Source: Eledone cirrhosa (taxonomy: Eukaryota). From it: a stretch of DNA of 64,000 nucleotides. Position 1 is the stretch's first letter. Every line of letters begins with the position of its first letter. The translations under genes and the position numbers were made by a program. Below the pieces are notes generated by a model. That model ran no database searches. It saw only the letters and a list, made by a program, of their open reading frames with translations, and was not told the origin of the DNA. The stretch is taken from assembly GCA_964016885.1 (NCBI GenBank), contig OZ024741.1:373426001-373490000 (forward strand), given 5' to 3'. Positions 17,490-29,880 of the stretch are shown piece by piece.

Positions 17490-17995
17490 AAAAGTGTAAT
17501 TTACTACACAAAACGAAGGTTATAGAGAAAATTGAGGTTGGTAATGGCACATGGAATATATAAGAGACAGAATACTTTTTTGTGAAAAAACATATAATTT
17601 TATAAGGTAAGGAAATAATAAAGGGTATAAAAAATGATCGGTTTCGATGGGTCTGCAAAAGCCATCTTTTCAAATGTTGATTAATATTAAGAAAAATTAA
17701 TAATAAGAAGAGTTAAAATTTGAGATTTGAAAATTCAAGTATAAAATTCATTGTGGGATTTCACAGTAGTTTTTATCTTGGTAGCAGCTCGTTGACTGCT
17801 GGGTACCTCTCTGGTAGTGAATGAGAAGTTATTTGGGGGTGTGGGTTATTTTATAAAGGTCAAATTTAGCAATGGCCAGATGGCCAGCTGCTGGTCAGTG
17901 AGGGGGTGGAAGCAATATACATACATATATCTTCCTGTGGTAGGTAGGAGAGGGGAGATTGATAGAAAGGGATTTAGTGCACTTACACCTATATA
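17490..17995 (-). mobile_element. Degenerate Penelope-like element 3' end
   Basis: Minus strand YIGVS...PAVN remnants resembling a GIY-YIG C-terminus, followed by a hammerhead motif. Confidence 0.45.
17632..17678 (-). ncRNA. Minimal type I hammerhead, U3-A8 variant
   Basis: aacat-TTGAAAA-gatgg-cttttgcagac-ccatc-GAAA-ccg-ATC-atttt; one mismatch each in stem I and in the palindromic stem III. Confidence 0.55.
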
Positions 17996-18044
17996 TACAC
18001 ACATACCTTCATCCACACATACATACATATACATATACATACAC

Positions 18045-18099
<55 letters not shown>

Positions 18100-18214
18100 C
18101 ACACGTACATACACACTCACATACATATATATACACACACACATATATGCACATACACACACATATATATATATACACACACACACATATATATACATAC
18201 ACATACATCCAGAT

Positions 18215-18252
<38 letters not shown>

Positions 18253-18699
18253 GTACATACACATATATACACACATATACATACACATATATATACACAC
18301 ACACACCCACACATACCTACACACACACACACATATATATACATACACACATACAAACACACACACACACATATATACACATACATACACCCACACACAG
18401 AGAAATGGCCTCCAAATATATATATATACATACATACACATATATTTTTTCCATAATATAAGAAGTTAGGACAGTGAAATTAAAATACAAGTCATTCTGA
18501 TCACATTGAGTTCTTCATGTAGATTGGGCCCCGCAACCGACAGTGGTGAATTCTGTGTGCGCATATATATATAGATATATGTGTGCACGTGCAGGGTTTA
18601 ACATAGATGTGTTGGTCACACAAAGGCATGGTCTGTCAACGAATAAACCTGATTCTACAGAATTGGTCTCTGGTCTTTAATAGTAGTGATAATTATATA

Positions 18700-19028
18700 C
18701 ATGCACACATACAAACACATATATCTGTCACTCCGTGCGTATGTGTGTTTATATTTTATGACAATTCTATTGGGGTGATAACCCGTTTAGTTTTGGTTTA
18801 AATTTGTTAAGGAATAGATTTTCTTTGTTTATTCTTTGTTGCTGTGTGAACGAATCTGAGCACTTGTAGAAGGGGAAGATATATATATTGTTATACTTGG
18901 GGAGAGTCATATTTGCGTAATATTGCCAGAATTAATAACAGAACACACTCACTGTTTGGTTGGTTTTCGCTTCTCGCTGTCTTTTATATCTGCGATCTAA
19001 CTTACTCGGTCCTCAATGTTGCCATTGA

Positions 19029-19031
<3 letters not shown>
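18700..19031 (-). mobile_element. Penelope-like element fragment (GIY-YIG C-terminus plus shared UTR segment)
   Basis: Minus strand translates IFPFYKCSDSFTQQQRINKENLFLNKFKPKLN; 18890-19031 is highly similar to 54348-54492. Confidence 0.6.
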
Positions 19032-19112
<81 letters not shown>

Positions 19113-19132
19113 TATATATATATATATAGACA

Positions 19133-19232
<100 letters not shown>

Positions 19233-19239
19233 CATAGAC

Positions 19240-19270
<31 letters not shown>

Positions 19271-19350
19271 ATTAGTATATCTACCAACATATGTATACAG
19301 ATGTATACCCATGCTAGCAAATATATACATAGGAACTTAGCTGAGAATAG

Positions 19351-19432
19351 ACTCTCTGATGACGTAAGGACTTCTCTATAGTTGCATTGCGTAACTATAT
19401 TTATTCCCTTACAGAAACTAATTAGTAGGAGT
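19351..19432 (+). ncRNA. Type I hammerhead ribozyme, copy 1
   Basis: actct-CTGATGA-c-gtaagg...ccttac-a-GAAA-ctaatta-GTA-ggagt; palindromic stem III ACTAATTAGT; predicted cleavage after 19427. Confidence 0.82.
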
Positions 19433-19890
19433 GAACATTCTAGTAAGTAAGTTAATTTTTAATTTTTAAAATTTTCTTATTTTACGTCTTTCATATAATT
19501 GTTCTGCATCCCCCTGCATAGAACCACAAAGGTACTAAGACATAACATATATATTTGCTAGCATGGGTATACATCTGTATACATATGTTGGTAGATTTAC
19601 TAATTCTCTATATTTATCTCCAAATTATTTGTTGAGTAAAACTTGCCAAAATTTACTGATATGGTTCATGGTAGTAGTTAGGCTCTTGTCATAATACCAC
19701 CCCACTCCTCACTGATTCACCTCAGTGTCACGTGATTGATTCTTTAGAATTTGCCACTGACCAAGTAGTCAGTGAATTTTTTCAGTGCCCTGGAATTTAG
19801 TCCCCGCTAGCTTTATTCCATCCACTGAATTATTATTTTTATATGGGTTCCTAGTGTCCGCGCATTGCCTGGGAACTTAGCTGAGAATAG

Positions 19891-19972
19891 ACTCCCTGAT
19901 GACGTAAGGACTTCTCTATAGTTGCATTGCGTAACTATATTTATTCCCTTACAGAAACTAATTAGTAGGAGT
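19891..19972 (+). ncRNA. Type I hammerhead ribozyme, copy 2
   Basis: Same as copy 1 with perfect stem I actcc/ggagt; predicted cleavage after 19967. Confidence 0.85.
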
Positions 19973-20430
19973 GAACGTTCTAGTAAGTAAGTTAATTTTT
20001 AATTTTTAAAATTTTCTTATTTTACGTCTTTCATATAATTGTTCTGCATCCCCCTGCATAGAACCACAAAGGTACTAAGACATAACATATATATTTGCTA
20101 GCATGGGTATACATCTGTATACATATGTTGGTAGATATACTAATTCTCTATATTTATCTCCAAATTATTTGTTGAGTAAAACTTGCCAAAATTTACTGAT
20201 ATGGTTCATGGTAGTAGTTAGGCTCTTGTCATAATACCACCCCACTCCTCACTGATTCACCTCAGTGTCACGTATTTGATTCTTTAGAATTTGCCACTGA
20301 CCAAGTAGTCAGTGAATTTTTTCAGTGCCCTGGAATTTAGTCCCCGCTAGCTTTATTCCATCCACTGAATTATTATTTTTATATGGGTTCATAGTGTCCA
20401 CGCATTGCCTGGGAACTTAGCTGAGAATAG

Positions 20431-20512
20431 ACTCCCTGATGACGTAAGGACTTCTCTATAGTTGCATTGCGTAACTATATTTATTCCCTTACAGAAACTA
20501 ATTAGTAGGAGT
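20431..20512 (+). ncRNA. Type I hammerhead ribozyme, copy 3
   Basis: Same core; predicted cleavage after 20507. Confidence 0.85.
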
Positions 20513-20595
20513 GAAAATTTTAGTAAGTTAATTTTTAATTTTTAAAATTTTCTTATTTTACGTCTTTCATATATATATATATATATATACATATC

Positions 20596-20679
<84 letters not shown>

Positions 20680-20696
20680 CATATATATATATACAT

Positions 20697-20743
<47 letters not shown>

Positions 20744-20753
20744 TATATACATA

Positions 20754-20805
<52 letters not shown>

Positions 20806-21078
20806 GACATATATATATATATATATACATAGACATATATATATATATATATATACATAGACATATATATATGTATATATACATAGACATATATATATAT
20901 ATATATATATATTTATTAAAATAATAGATTAAAGTTTAATAAATATTTACTCTACGGTTCTTATATATTTGATATATATTTATCCTTATTGAGCCCTCTT
21001 TGGATTTTAATCTTCAAATTTATTATTATTACTATATATATACATATATACATAGACAGATATATATATATATACATA

Positions 21079-21115
<37 letters not shown>

Positions 21116-21119
<4 letters not shown>

Positions 21120-22273
21120 TCAGTGTGTAGGAAAGGAGTAGGTAGAAACTCCATTTTATGTCCCAAATGTAAAGTATGGGTGCATAAAAGATGTAGTGGG
21201 ATCACAGGTAAGCTAACTAAGAACATAGATTTTGTCTGTGGCTGGTGCTCTGGTGCAATAAGTAGCAGCAAGTGCCCACAGAATACTAGCTCATTCTATT
21301 GCACAGATGGTTCTATAGAAATAGTGGACATCTTCTGTTACTTGGGTTACAAAATCAGCAGTGGTGGAGGGTGCTCTGAAAGTACAGTAGCTAGAGTCAG
21401 AACTGGATGGAAAAAGTTCAGAGAGCTTATACCACTATTAGCAGCTAAAGGGTTCTCTCTAAAAATGAAAGGTAGGCTGTATGATGCCTGCATACGAACA
21501 GCAATGTTACATGGCAGTGAGACCTGGGCATTGTGTGCAGAGGATATACGCAGACTGGAGAGGAACGAAGCTTGCATGCTCCACTGGATGTGTAATAGTA
21601 ATATACGTGAACGGCAAAGCATAAACGGACTAAGGGAAAAATTAGAAATAAGAGGGATCAGATGTTGTTTACTCGAGAGAAGACTACGTTCGTATGGTCA
21701 CGTGATGCACATGAAAGACGACAGCTGTATAACAAAGTGCAGGGCGATAAAAATAGACGGTAGCCACGGAGTAGCCAGACCCAGAAAAACCTGGGACGAC
21801 TTGATAAATTCCGACCTCACACACCTACACCTCTCCAAGACAATGTCACTGGACCGAGATCTTTGGCGCTACACAGTAATACAGAAGACCCGCCTTACCT
21901 AAATACAAAGTGAAACCTACTACAGTCAGTAGGCATCTCTAACAAAAATACACCCCCGTCCCACTACCCCCACACCATCCACACCACCCCTTTCAATGTA
22001 AAGTTATGTTAGTACCACAACATCCAGCCCGAAACAAATGAGGTCGTGTAGGTGTCACAACAAAAAAAACACACAGTCCACGCTGTAATGTGGCCGTGTT
22101 GGTAGCACAATAAAAACCTCCCAGTCCACACTGTAAATGTGGTTGGTGTTAGGAAGGGCATCCAGCCGTAGAAAACCCGCCAGACAGTCCTATGCGAGCA
22201 AGACAACCACTCTTGCCTCAAGTGGGAAAACTCCCATCCAAACCCATGCAAGCGTGGAAGATGGACGTTAAAC

Positions 22274-22305
<32 letters not shown>
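21116..22305 (+). mobile_element. RTE family A, 5'-truncated
   Basis: [18 protein letters not shown]...HGSETWALCAED...; 3'UTR and (GAT)n tail; TA microsatellite flanks. Confidence 0.93.
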
Positions 22306-22700
22306 GACATATATATATATATATATATATACATAGACATATATATATATATATATACATAGACATATATATATATACATCGACATATGTATATATATAT
22401 ATATACATCGACATATATATATATATATATAACTTAGGACAATTTATGAAAATAGATCAATCGTTTGATATTAGTTGAAAGGAAAAGGAGAAAAAGAAGT
22501 CAGTTTTATGATGGTTTTGTTTTGTAACATTGAAATGAAAGGGATAATATGAAACTGTAATAACCTTCTTAAATTATTCATGAATCAATATTATATGATA
22601 CCAAATATGTTAGTACACACCGATTGATGCATGGTGTTTGTTTTCTATATTCACTTGTTCAAAACTGCAGACCTATCTAAATCCCATGCCAATGTGTGAG

Positions 22701-24210
22701 CATCATCATCATCATCATCATCATTTTACGTCCGCTTTTCCCTGCTTGCAAGGGTGGGACGGGTCTTATTCAGCACAGCATCTCTCCACTCGTCACGGTC
22801 CCTCGTCATCTCCACCGTGAGCTTCAATGATCTGAGGTCTGTTCTCACCACCTCCGCCCATGTTTTTCGTGGTCTACCTCTACCACGTCTTCCTTCAACT
22901 GGCATTTCCTGGCACTTCTTCACCCATCGGTCATCCTCCATGCGCATCACATGTCCATACCACCTCAGTCTCCTCTCCCGTACACTACATTCTATCCCTC
23001 TCAGACACAGTTTCTCTCTCAACACATTTATGCTGGGTCGTTCACGCACATTTACACTGCACATCCAACGGAGCATGCTTGCCTCATTTCTCTCCAGCCG
23101 TCGCATATCCTCTGCAGTTGCTGCCCATGTCTCACTACCATGCAGCATCGCGCTCCTCACACAGGCATCATACAACTGGCCTTTCATACGCAGGGAGAAA
23201 CCCTTCTTCGTCAACAGAGGAAGCAGCTCCCTAAACTTCTTCCAACCCATCCTTATTCTAGATACTATGGCCTCGGAACACCCTCCTCCCATGCTAATCT
23301 GATCTCCTAGGTACCGGAAGCTATCCACCACTTCTATAGCGCCCTCTTGCATTTGAAAAATGTGTCTATCAGTGCGATTTCTACTGTCTAATTTCCCTGT
23401 ACATCTACTGCATACATATTTCTCCCTACCTGTTAGTTTGCCTGCTATCCCGCTACATCTCTTGTGTACCCAGGATTTGCATTTTATAGAATTTATGCCA
23501 GTTCCTTTTCTGCATATCGAACATGGCCATTTCCCTGACGGAATCAGGGTTTTGTCCTCTTTTCTACTCATCAACACTTTTGTCTTAGCTAGATTCACCC
23601 TCAGTCCTCTTGCTTCCAACTGCTGTTTCCATAGCCAGAATTTATTCTCTAGCTCCTCTACTGATTCTGCTATAAGAACCAGATCGTCAGCATAGAGAAG
23701 TTCCCATGGACAGCCAGTCTTAAACTCCTCTGTTATGGCTTGGAGGACTATAATGAACAAGAGCGGGCTGAGGACCGAACCCTGATGTACTCCTACTTTT
23801 ATCTGGAATTCCTCACTAAACTCCATTCCTACCCTGACTTTACTGAGAGTACCTCTGTACAAAGTTTGCACTGTCCTCACAAGCCATTCCTCAACACCTA
23901 GCTTCCTTAGGGACCACCAGATGACAGATCGGGGTACCCTATCAAAGGCCTTCTCTAGGTCAACAAAGGCTAAGTATAGTGGCTTATTCTTCTCTAAGAA
24001 CCTCTCTTGCATTTGTCTCACCAAGAAGAGGGCATCTGTTGTACTCATCCCAGGCACAAAACCAAACTGCATCTCATCTAGTTTGACCCTTTCTCTAATT
24101 AGTTGTGCTAAAATCCTTTCTGCCACTTTCATAACCTGATCTATCAGTTTTATACCCCTATAATTGCTCCTCTCCAAAGCATCCCCTTTACCTTTGCAGC
24201 AATTTATGAG
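22701..24210 (-). mobile_element. RTE family C, 5'-truncated with open RT frame
   Basis: ORF 22726-24336 (real part from NCCKGKGD): [38 protein letters not shown]. Confidence 0.95.
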
Positions 24211-24399
24211 AATACTTATATATATATATATACATATGTATACATACAGATATACACACACATATATAAATATATATACACAGACATATATAAATGTGTG
24301 CACAAACATATACACACGTATTTTAGAGGCTTCCAAAACTACTATTTTTCACACACACACACATTACACACACACAGACACATACATACATTACACATA

Positions 24400-24520
24400 C
24401 ATCATCACCATCATTTTACGTCCACTTTTTTTCCCTGCTTGCAAGGGTGGGATGGGAACTGATTCTGGCTTGATTTCTACAGCTGGATGCCCTTCCTGAC
24501 ACCAACCTCATTTACAGTTA
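24400..24520 (-). mobile_element. Short RTE-tailed SINE 3' fragment
   Basis: Matches the 3' part of the SINE at 29170-29300. Confidence 0.75.
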
Positions 24521-24699
24521 GAAGGGGATTATATATATGTATGTATGTGTGTGTGTATATATATATATATATGAAGATGGATGTTAAACGACAATGAATG
24601 ATGATATATATATATGTGTGTATGTATTTGGATGATATATATATGTAGATATGTAGGGTATATGTATATACATATAAATATATATATATATTATGTTGA

Positions 24700-24932
24700 T
24701 ACCACAAAACATCCAGCCCACACTGTAAAGTGGTCGAGTAGGTGTCACGACAAAAAGCACCCAGCCCACACTATAAATGTGGTTGGCATTAGGAAGGGCA
24801 TCCAGCCGTAGAAAACCAGCCAGAAAAAGTCCTATATGAGTGAGACACAGTCACCCGACCTAACTTGCCTCTAAATGGAACAAACCCGTCTAACCCATGC
24901 TAGTGTGGAAGATAGACGTCAAACGATGATAA
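24700..24932 (+). mobile_element. RTE 3'UTR-like / SINE 3' module
   Basis: cccagcccacactgtaaagtgg repeats, ggttggcattaggaagggcatccagc, aacccatgctag...acgtcaaacgatgat. Confidence 0.7.
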
Positions 24933-25043
24933 TAATAGTTTTGCAAGAGATGTCAACATGAATGGACCTCTTATTTTTATCTAAAGACATTTTTTCCAAT
25001 TCCAACCCGCCCATCCTCTCAATCTATCTTATTTCTCATTCTT

Positions 25044-25079
25044 TCTTCTGATGAAGTACTAGCATCCGAAACGTTAAGA
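25044..25079 (+). ncRNA. Minimal Penelope-type hammerhead, stem II degraded
   Basis: tctt-CTGATGA-agtactagcatcc-GAAAC-GTT-aaga; palindrome AACGTT; stem I tctt/aaga. Confidence 0.55.
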
Positions 25080-26182
25080 CCCTCTTCCTGCTATATCAAA
25101 CATTATCCTAATATATCCCTTCCATATACTGTACCGATTATGTTGTTATTTCTGTTTACCTTTTACATACATATATATATATATTTATATACATACATAC
25201 ATAACTATATGCATATATACATACATATATGTACATACAGTGATATTGTATTTTCTTAAAGGTTTAATTTATTTCAAAAGATTTTGTTTTGCCTCACCTG
25301 TCGTCGACCAGCTCAGAACTGCTTTCAAATCTGTCTATGCTACAAGCTTATAGTCATTTGAACTGTAATATCATCCGAGATCTGTTTTTATTTATCTTCA
25401 GCAATGTTTTCAGCTTTCCCACAACAAAATTCCTGCCGTCCTAAACATCAGGTAGACATAATGACAGCTTGTAATCAAACAAGCAGAAATTGTAATCTCT
25501 GAAAACAGTAGCTTTACAATACATTCTTAAAGAAATGACACACTGGCATTTAGTCAATGATGTAAACAGCAGGCATTCTTCTTAAACAACAATTGTCAAA
25601 CACTTCTAAATGATGGAAATTGTCAGTTACCATATTTCTAATGAATGATGCTGATCATAATTTCCAGATAATTTTGAAAATATTTATGAATCTGAAGATA
25701 AGCTGATGTTTGGAACATAATGTAACAAAGGTTCTGGCATAAAATTAAGATTGATGGTTTTTAGATGAATATAAACACTTTAACACTTCCAATACCATAT
25801 TTTTTAATAAATGATAATTTGCTGATGATTTTCAGATGATTTTGAAAATAATCCAGAATTTAGAGATATTTAGTAAAATAACCTTTTAAAAAAGGTTCTG
25901 AAATGATAGGTTTTTAGATAGATATAAACATTTTAATACAAACAGTGTTGTATGATAGAACAAAGTGTAGCTTCAAGTAGTTTGGTATAATTTAAGATCA
26001 AACTGCCTGAAGCTACACTTGGTTTTAAAAACATTCTTGTTTTTAGATTTTATTTTGACTGTATTAACCTTAAGTTGAGCCCATGTCATAGCCCACTTCT
26101 TAACACAAAGAGAAACTCCAAGCTACAGGTGACTGTATAGGAGGGGTTAGTGTTTCTCCTAGTAGGTTAGATATTTGAACAT

Positions 26183-26335
26183 ATCATGGCTGAATGGTTA
26201 AGAAGTTCGCATAAGGTCATGGGTTCAATTCCACTGCATGGAATCTTAGGCAAATATCATTTACCATACCCTCAGGTCAACCCATGCCTTTTGAGTTAAA
26301 TTGGGTAGAGGGAAATTGCATGGAAGCCCATTGGA
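26183..26335 (+). mobile_element. OR/OK-like CORE SINE
   Basis: A box tggctgaatggtt, B box ggttcaattcc, ttaggcaaat..., gggtagagggaaattg. Confidence 0.65.
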
Positions 26336-27039
26336 TGGACTGCACCCATAATTCAAAGAGCTAGCCTTATCACAAACTGTCATGCTAAATCTCCCTTAGA
26401 ATTATGATATGAGTGTACATAATTGAAAGAGCCAGCCTTATCCCAAACTGTCATGCTGAATCATCATCTGTATTTTTACGGCCGTTTTTCTGCGCTTGCA
26501 TGGGTTGGACAGGTCCTTTTCAGAACATCATTTCTCCAGAATTATGATATGGGTACACATGTCAGTGGAATGTTCAAGCACTTACTAGTTAATTTCATTA
26601 GCAAGCTGTCCTTTTGATTGATCAAAGGGAACACTCATCGTTGAAACCTGCTGAGATCAATTCCAATTGGTTAGTCCATCAATCTTAAACTGAGAGTTGA
26701 ATTTCGTTAATTTATCTTTGTGAGACAGGTTAATATTTGTTGCATTAATTGATCTGTGTTTCATATTAGAATCATCTAAAGCAGTGATGGACAACATCTT
26801 TTCAGAAAGGGATCCACACAATTGATGAAGAAAACTTTATCAATCATCAAATATATATTTACTTGTGATTGCTTAATGCAACAAGGTAGGACACAAATAT
26901 TTTAACCCATTTGTTGTTATATTTCTAATAAGATACATTGTATTTGAATTAAATAGGGTAGAAGTATGTGGGGGGTATTAAAATTATTTCATTAATCAAA
27001 TGGATTTATAACATAAAAGGTTTTTATATATAATTGTGT

Positions 27040-28728
27040 CAGGTTTGTGTCAGGTAAAAGTAAAACAGACGCTCTTTTCATTGTAAGACAACTAAATGAG
27101 AAGTACCTAGCTAAAAGTAAACCCCTATACTTAGCTTTTGTTGACTTGGAGAAAACCTTTGACAGAGTACCCCGCTCGGTTAACTGGTGGCCCCTTAGAA
27201 AACTAGGTGTTGATGAATGGCTAAAGAAACAGTCAGCAAGGTTAGAATTAACAACGAATATAGTGAAGAGTTTAGCGTAAAAGTTGGTGTTCCTCAGGGC
27301 TCCGTCCTTAGCCCCCTACTATTTATTATTGCCCTTCAGGCTATAACAGAGGAGTTCAAGACCGGCTGCCCATGGGAACTTCTATACGCAGATGATCTAA
27401 CGCTCATAGCTGAATCAATGGCTGAACTAGAGAAGAAATTCCAAACATGGAAGCATGGCCTAGAATCAAAAGGCCTTAAAATTAACCTGTCTAAGACTAA
27501 AGTTCTAGTTTGTAGGAAGGAAAATAGGGCACTGGTCCCATCTGGGAAATGGCCATGCTCAGTGTGTAGGAAAGGAGTAGGCAGAAACTCCATTTTATGT
27601 CCCAAATGCAAAGTATGGGTGCATTAAAGATGTAGTGGGATCACAGGTAAGCTAATTAAGAATATAGATTTTATATGTGGCCGGTGCTCAGGTGCAATAA
27701 GTAGCAGCAAGTGCCCACAGAATACTAGCTCATTCCATTGCACAGATGGTTCTATAGAAATAGTGGACACCTTCCGTTACCTGGGTGACAAAATCAGCAG
27801 TGGTGGAGGGTGCTCTGAAAGTACAGTAGCTAGAGTCAGAACTGGATGGAAAAAGTTCAGAGAGCTTATACCACTATTGGCCGCTAAAGGGTTCTCTCTA
27901 AAAATGAAAGGCAGGCTGTATGATGCCTGCATACGAACAGCAATGCTACATGGCAGTGAGACTTGGGCGTTGTGTGCAGAGGATATACGCAGACTGGAGA
28001 GGAACGAAGCTTGCATGCTCTGTTGGATGTGTAATAGTAATATACGTGAACGGCAAAGCATAAATGAACTAAGGGAAAAATTAGGAATAAGAGGGATCAG
28101 ATGTTGTTTACTCGAGAGAAGACTACGTTGGTATGGTCACGTGATGCGCATGAAAGACGACAGCTGTATAACAAAGTGCAGGGCGATAAAAATAGACAGT
28201 AGCCACGGAGTAGGCAGACCCAGAAAAACCCGGGACGACTTGATAAATTCCGACCTCACACACTTACACCTCTCCAAGACAATGTCACTGGACCGAGATC
28301 TTTGGCGCTACACAGTAATACAGAAGACCAGCCTTGCCTAAGTACAAAGTGAAACCTACAGTCAGTAGGCACCTCTAACAAAAATACACCCCCGTCCCAC
28401 CACCCCCACGCCATCCACACCACCCCTTTCAATGTAAAGTTATGTTGGTACCACAACATCCAGTCCTAAATAAATGAGGTCGTGTAGGTGTCACGACAAA
28501 AAAACACACAGTCCACACTGTAATGTGGCCGTGTAGGTAACACGGTAAAAACCTCCCAGTCCGCACTGTAAACGTGGTTGGTGTTAGGAAGGGCATCCAG
28601 CTGTAGAAAACCCGCCAGACAGTCCTATGCGAGCAAGACAACCACTCTTGCCTCAAGTGGGGAAACTCCCGTCCAAACCCATGCAAGCGTGGAAGATGGA
28701 CGTTAAACGATGACGATGATGATGATGA
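27040..28728 (+). mobile_element. RTE family A, 5'-truncated, frameshifted
   Basis: ORFs 27047-27280, 27217-27627 and 27763-28341 with RT motifs; 3'UTR and (GAT)n tail. Confidence 0.94.
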
Positions 28729-28955
28729 ATTGTTGGAAGATTTTCAATTAAATAGATATTCTTTAAAGTGAGTGGTTTTGTTTCATAAAACCAGCGACAG
28801 TTTGGGGTCAGTTGGTATTAAAAGTGTTTAATTGAGAAATTAGTATCATCATCATTTCACACCCATTTTCTTCGTTGGCATGGATTGGACAATAATGCGC
28901 TATATGATGCATGTAAATTTAAAGCATTAGATGGTCTCTTATAGAAAATTTTTAT

Positions 28956-29300
28956 GGAGGCACATGGCTCAGTGGTTAGAGCATTGGCCTTGCAATCGAA
29001 AGGTTGTGAGTTCAATTCTCAGACCGGGTGATGTGTTGTTTCCTTGAGCAAGACACTTTATTTCACATTGCTCCAGTTTACTTAGCTGTAGAAATGAGAT
29101 GATAGGGACCAGGGTCCATATCATTCCATTGCAAAGTGAACGTGTAGGCGCCACGGCAAAAAACCACCCAGCACTCACTGTAAATGAGGTTGGTGTTAGG
29201 AAGGGCATCCAGCTGTAGAAATCAAGCCAAAATCAGTTCCCGTCCCACCCTTGCAAGCAGGGAAAAGTGGACGTAAAATGAAATGATGATGATGATGATG
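28956..29300 (+). mobile_element. Full-length tRNA/CORE SINE with RTE-derived body and tail
   Basis: A box tggctcagtggtt, B box gagttcaattc, CORE tccttgagcaagacact, then RTE-B 3'UTR segment, then RTE-C terminal cccacccttgcaagcagggaaaa..gacgtaaaatg(GAT)n. Confidence 0.85.
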
Positions 29301-29833
29301 ACTACCTTGGTCTTATGAAACTCATGAAGAACCATCAAAGCTTTGGTATGGTCCACCTAGACCACATTGTGTGTCACTAATTTCAAGCCTCCCTTCAGAT
29401 GCAATTATAGATGAAATTCTATCATGATATTTTTGTTTGTGATAGCAAAGTTAATGAAAATGATGACAAACTATTGTTTATACAAGAATTGTTTTGTATT
29501 TTGAGAAACTGTTTAGCAATAGAGCCTTAAGGGAACTCATTAACTGAAAGCATTATCAGAAATGTAAACAACTGAAACTCCACTCATTCTTGAAGCTAAT
29601 TTATTGCAACTCAGATACAGCCTGCTGATGATATCAATAATCCACCTGTTGTTGACATGTTCTTTCCTTAGACACCTCAAATTTCTATGACTGTGAGTCA
29701 AGAACCAGTGAAGTATCATAGTTCGAGTAACTCTTTATAACAAGTTATCACCTCTATATCTACTCTAATCTCCACCACATTAAGCTGTCATCTGAATGTA
29801 GTAGATGAAATTTACAATTTCCGCAATATTAAT

Positions 29834-29880
29834 TGTTTCTACTTTTGGCACAAGGCCAGCAATTACCCAGTTCATTACTG
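29834..29880 (-). mobile_element. 47-bp 5'-truncated SINE tail with perfect 16-bp TSD
   Basis: tttccgcaatattaat at 29818-29833 and 29881-29896. Confidence 0.85.

Larger units (their letters stand above)
19332..20570 (+). mobile_element. 540-bp hammerhead-containing tandem repeat (about 2.3 units), retrozyme / non-autonomous Penelope-like
   Basis: Landmarks recur at 19351, 19891 and 20431; only a few substitutions between units; no ORF of 60 aa or more; inverted 60-bp piece at 19266-19327; TA microsatellite on both sides. Confidence 0.85.

Noticed and set aside
18485-18525. Minus-strand taca-tgaaga-actca..tga-gaa..tgta hammerhead-like remnant
   Set aside because: Both core boxes are defective; too degenerate to call
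22754-23695. ORFs antisense to RTE coding regions (also 62587-63703, 12094-12540)
   Set aside because: Shadow frames of RT sequence
25298-25498. Possible minus-strand exon (ttttcag acceptor, CAG|gtgag donor)
   Set aside because: Stops in all frames and no recognisable protein; could be a non-coding exon but unsupported without RNA data
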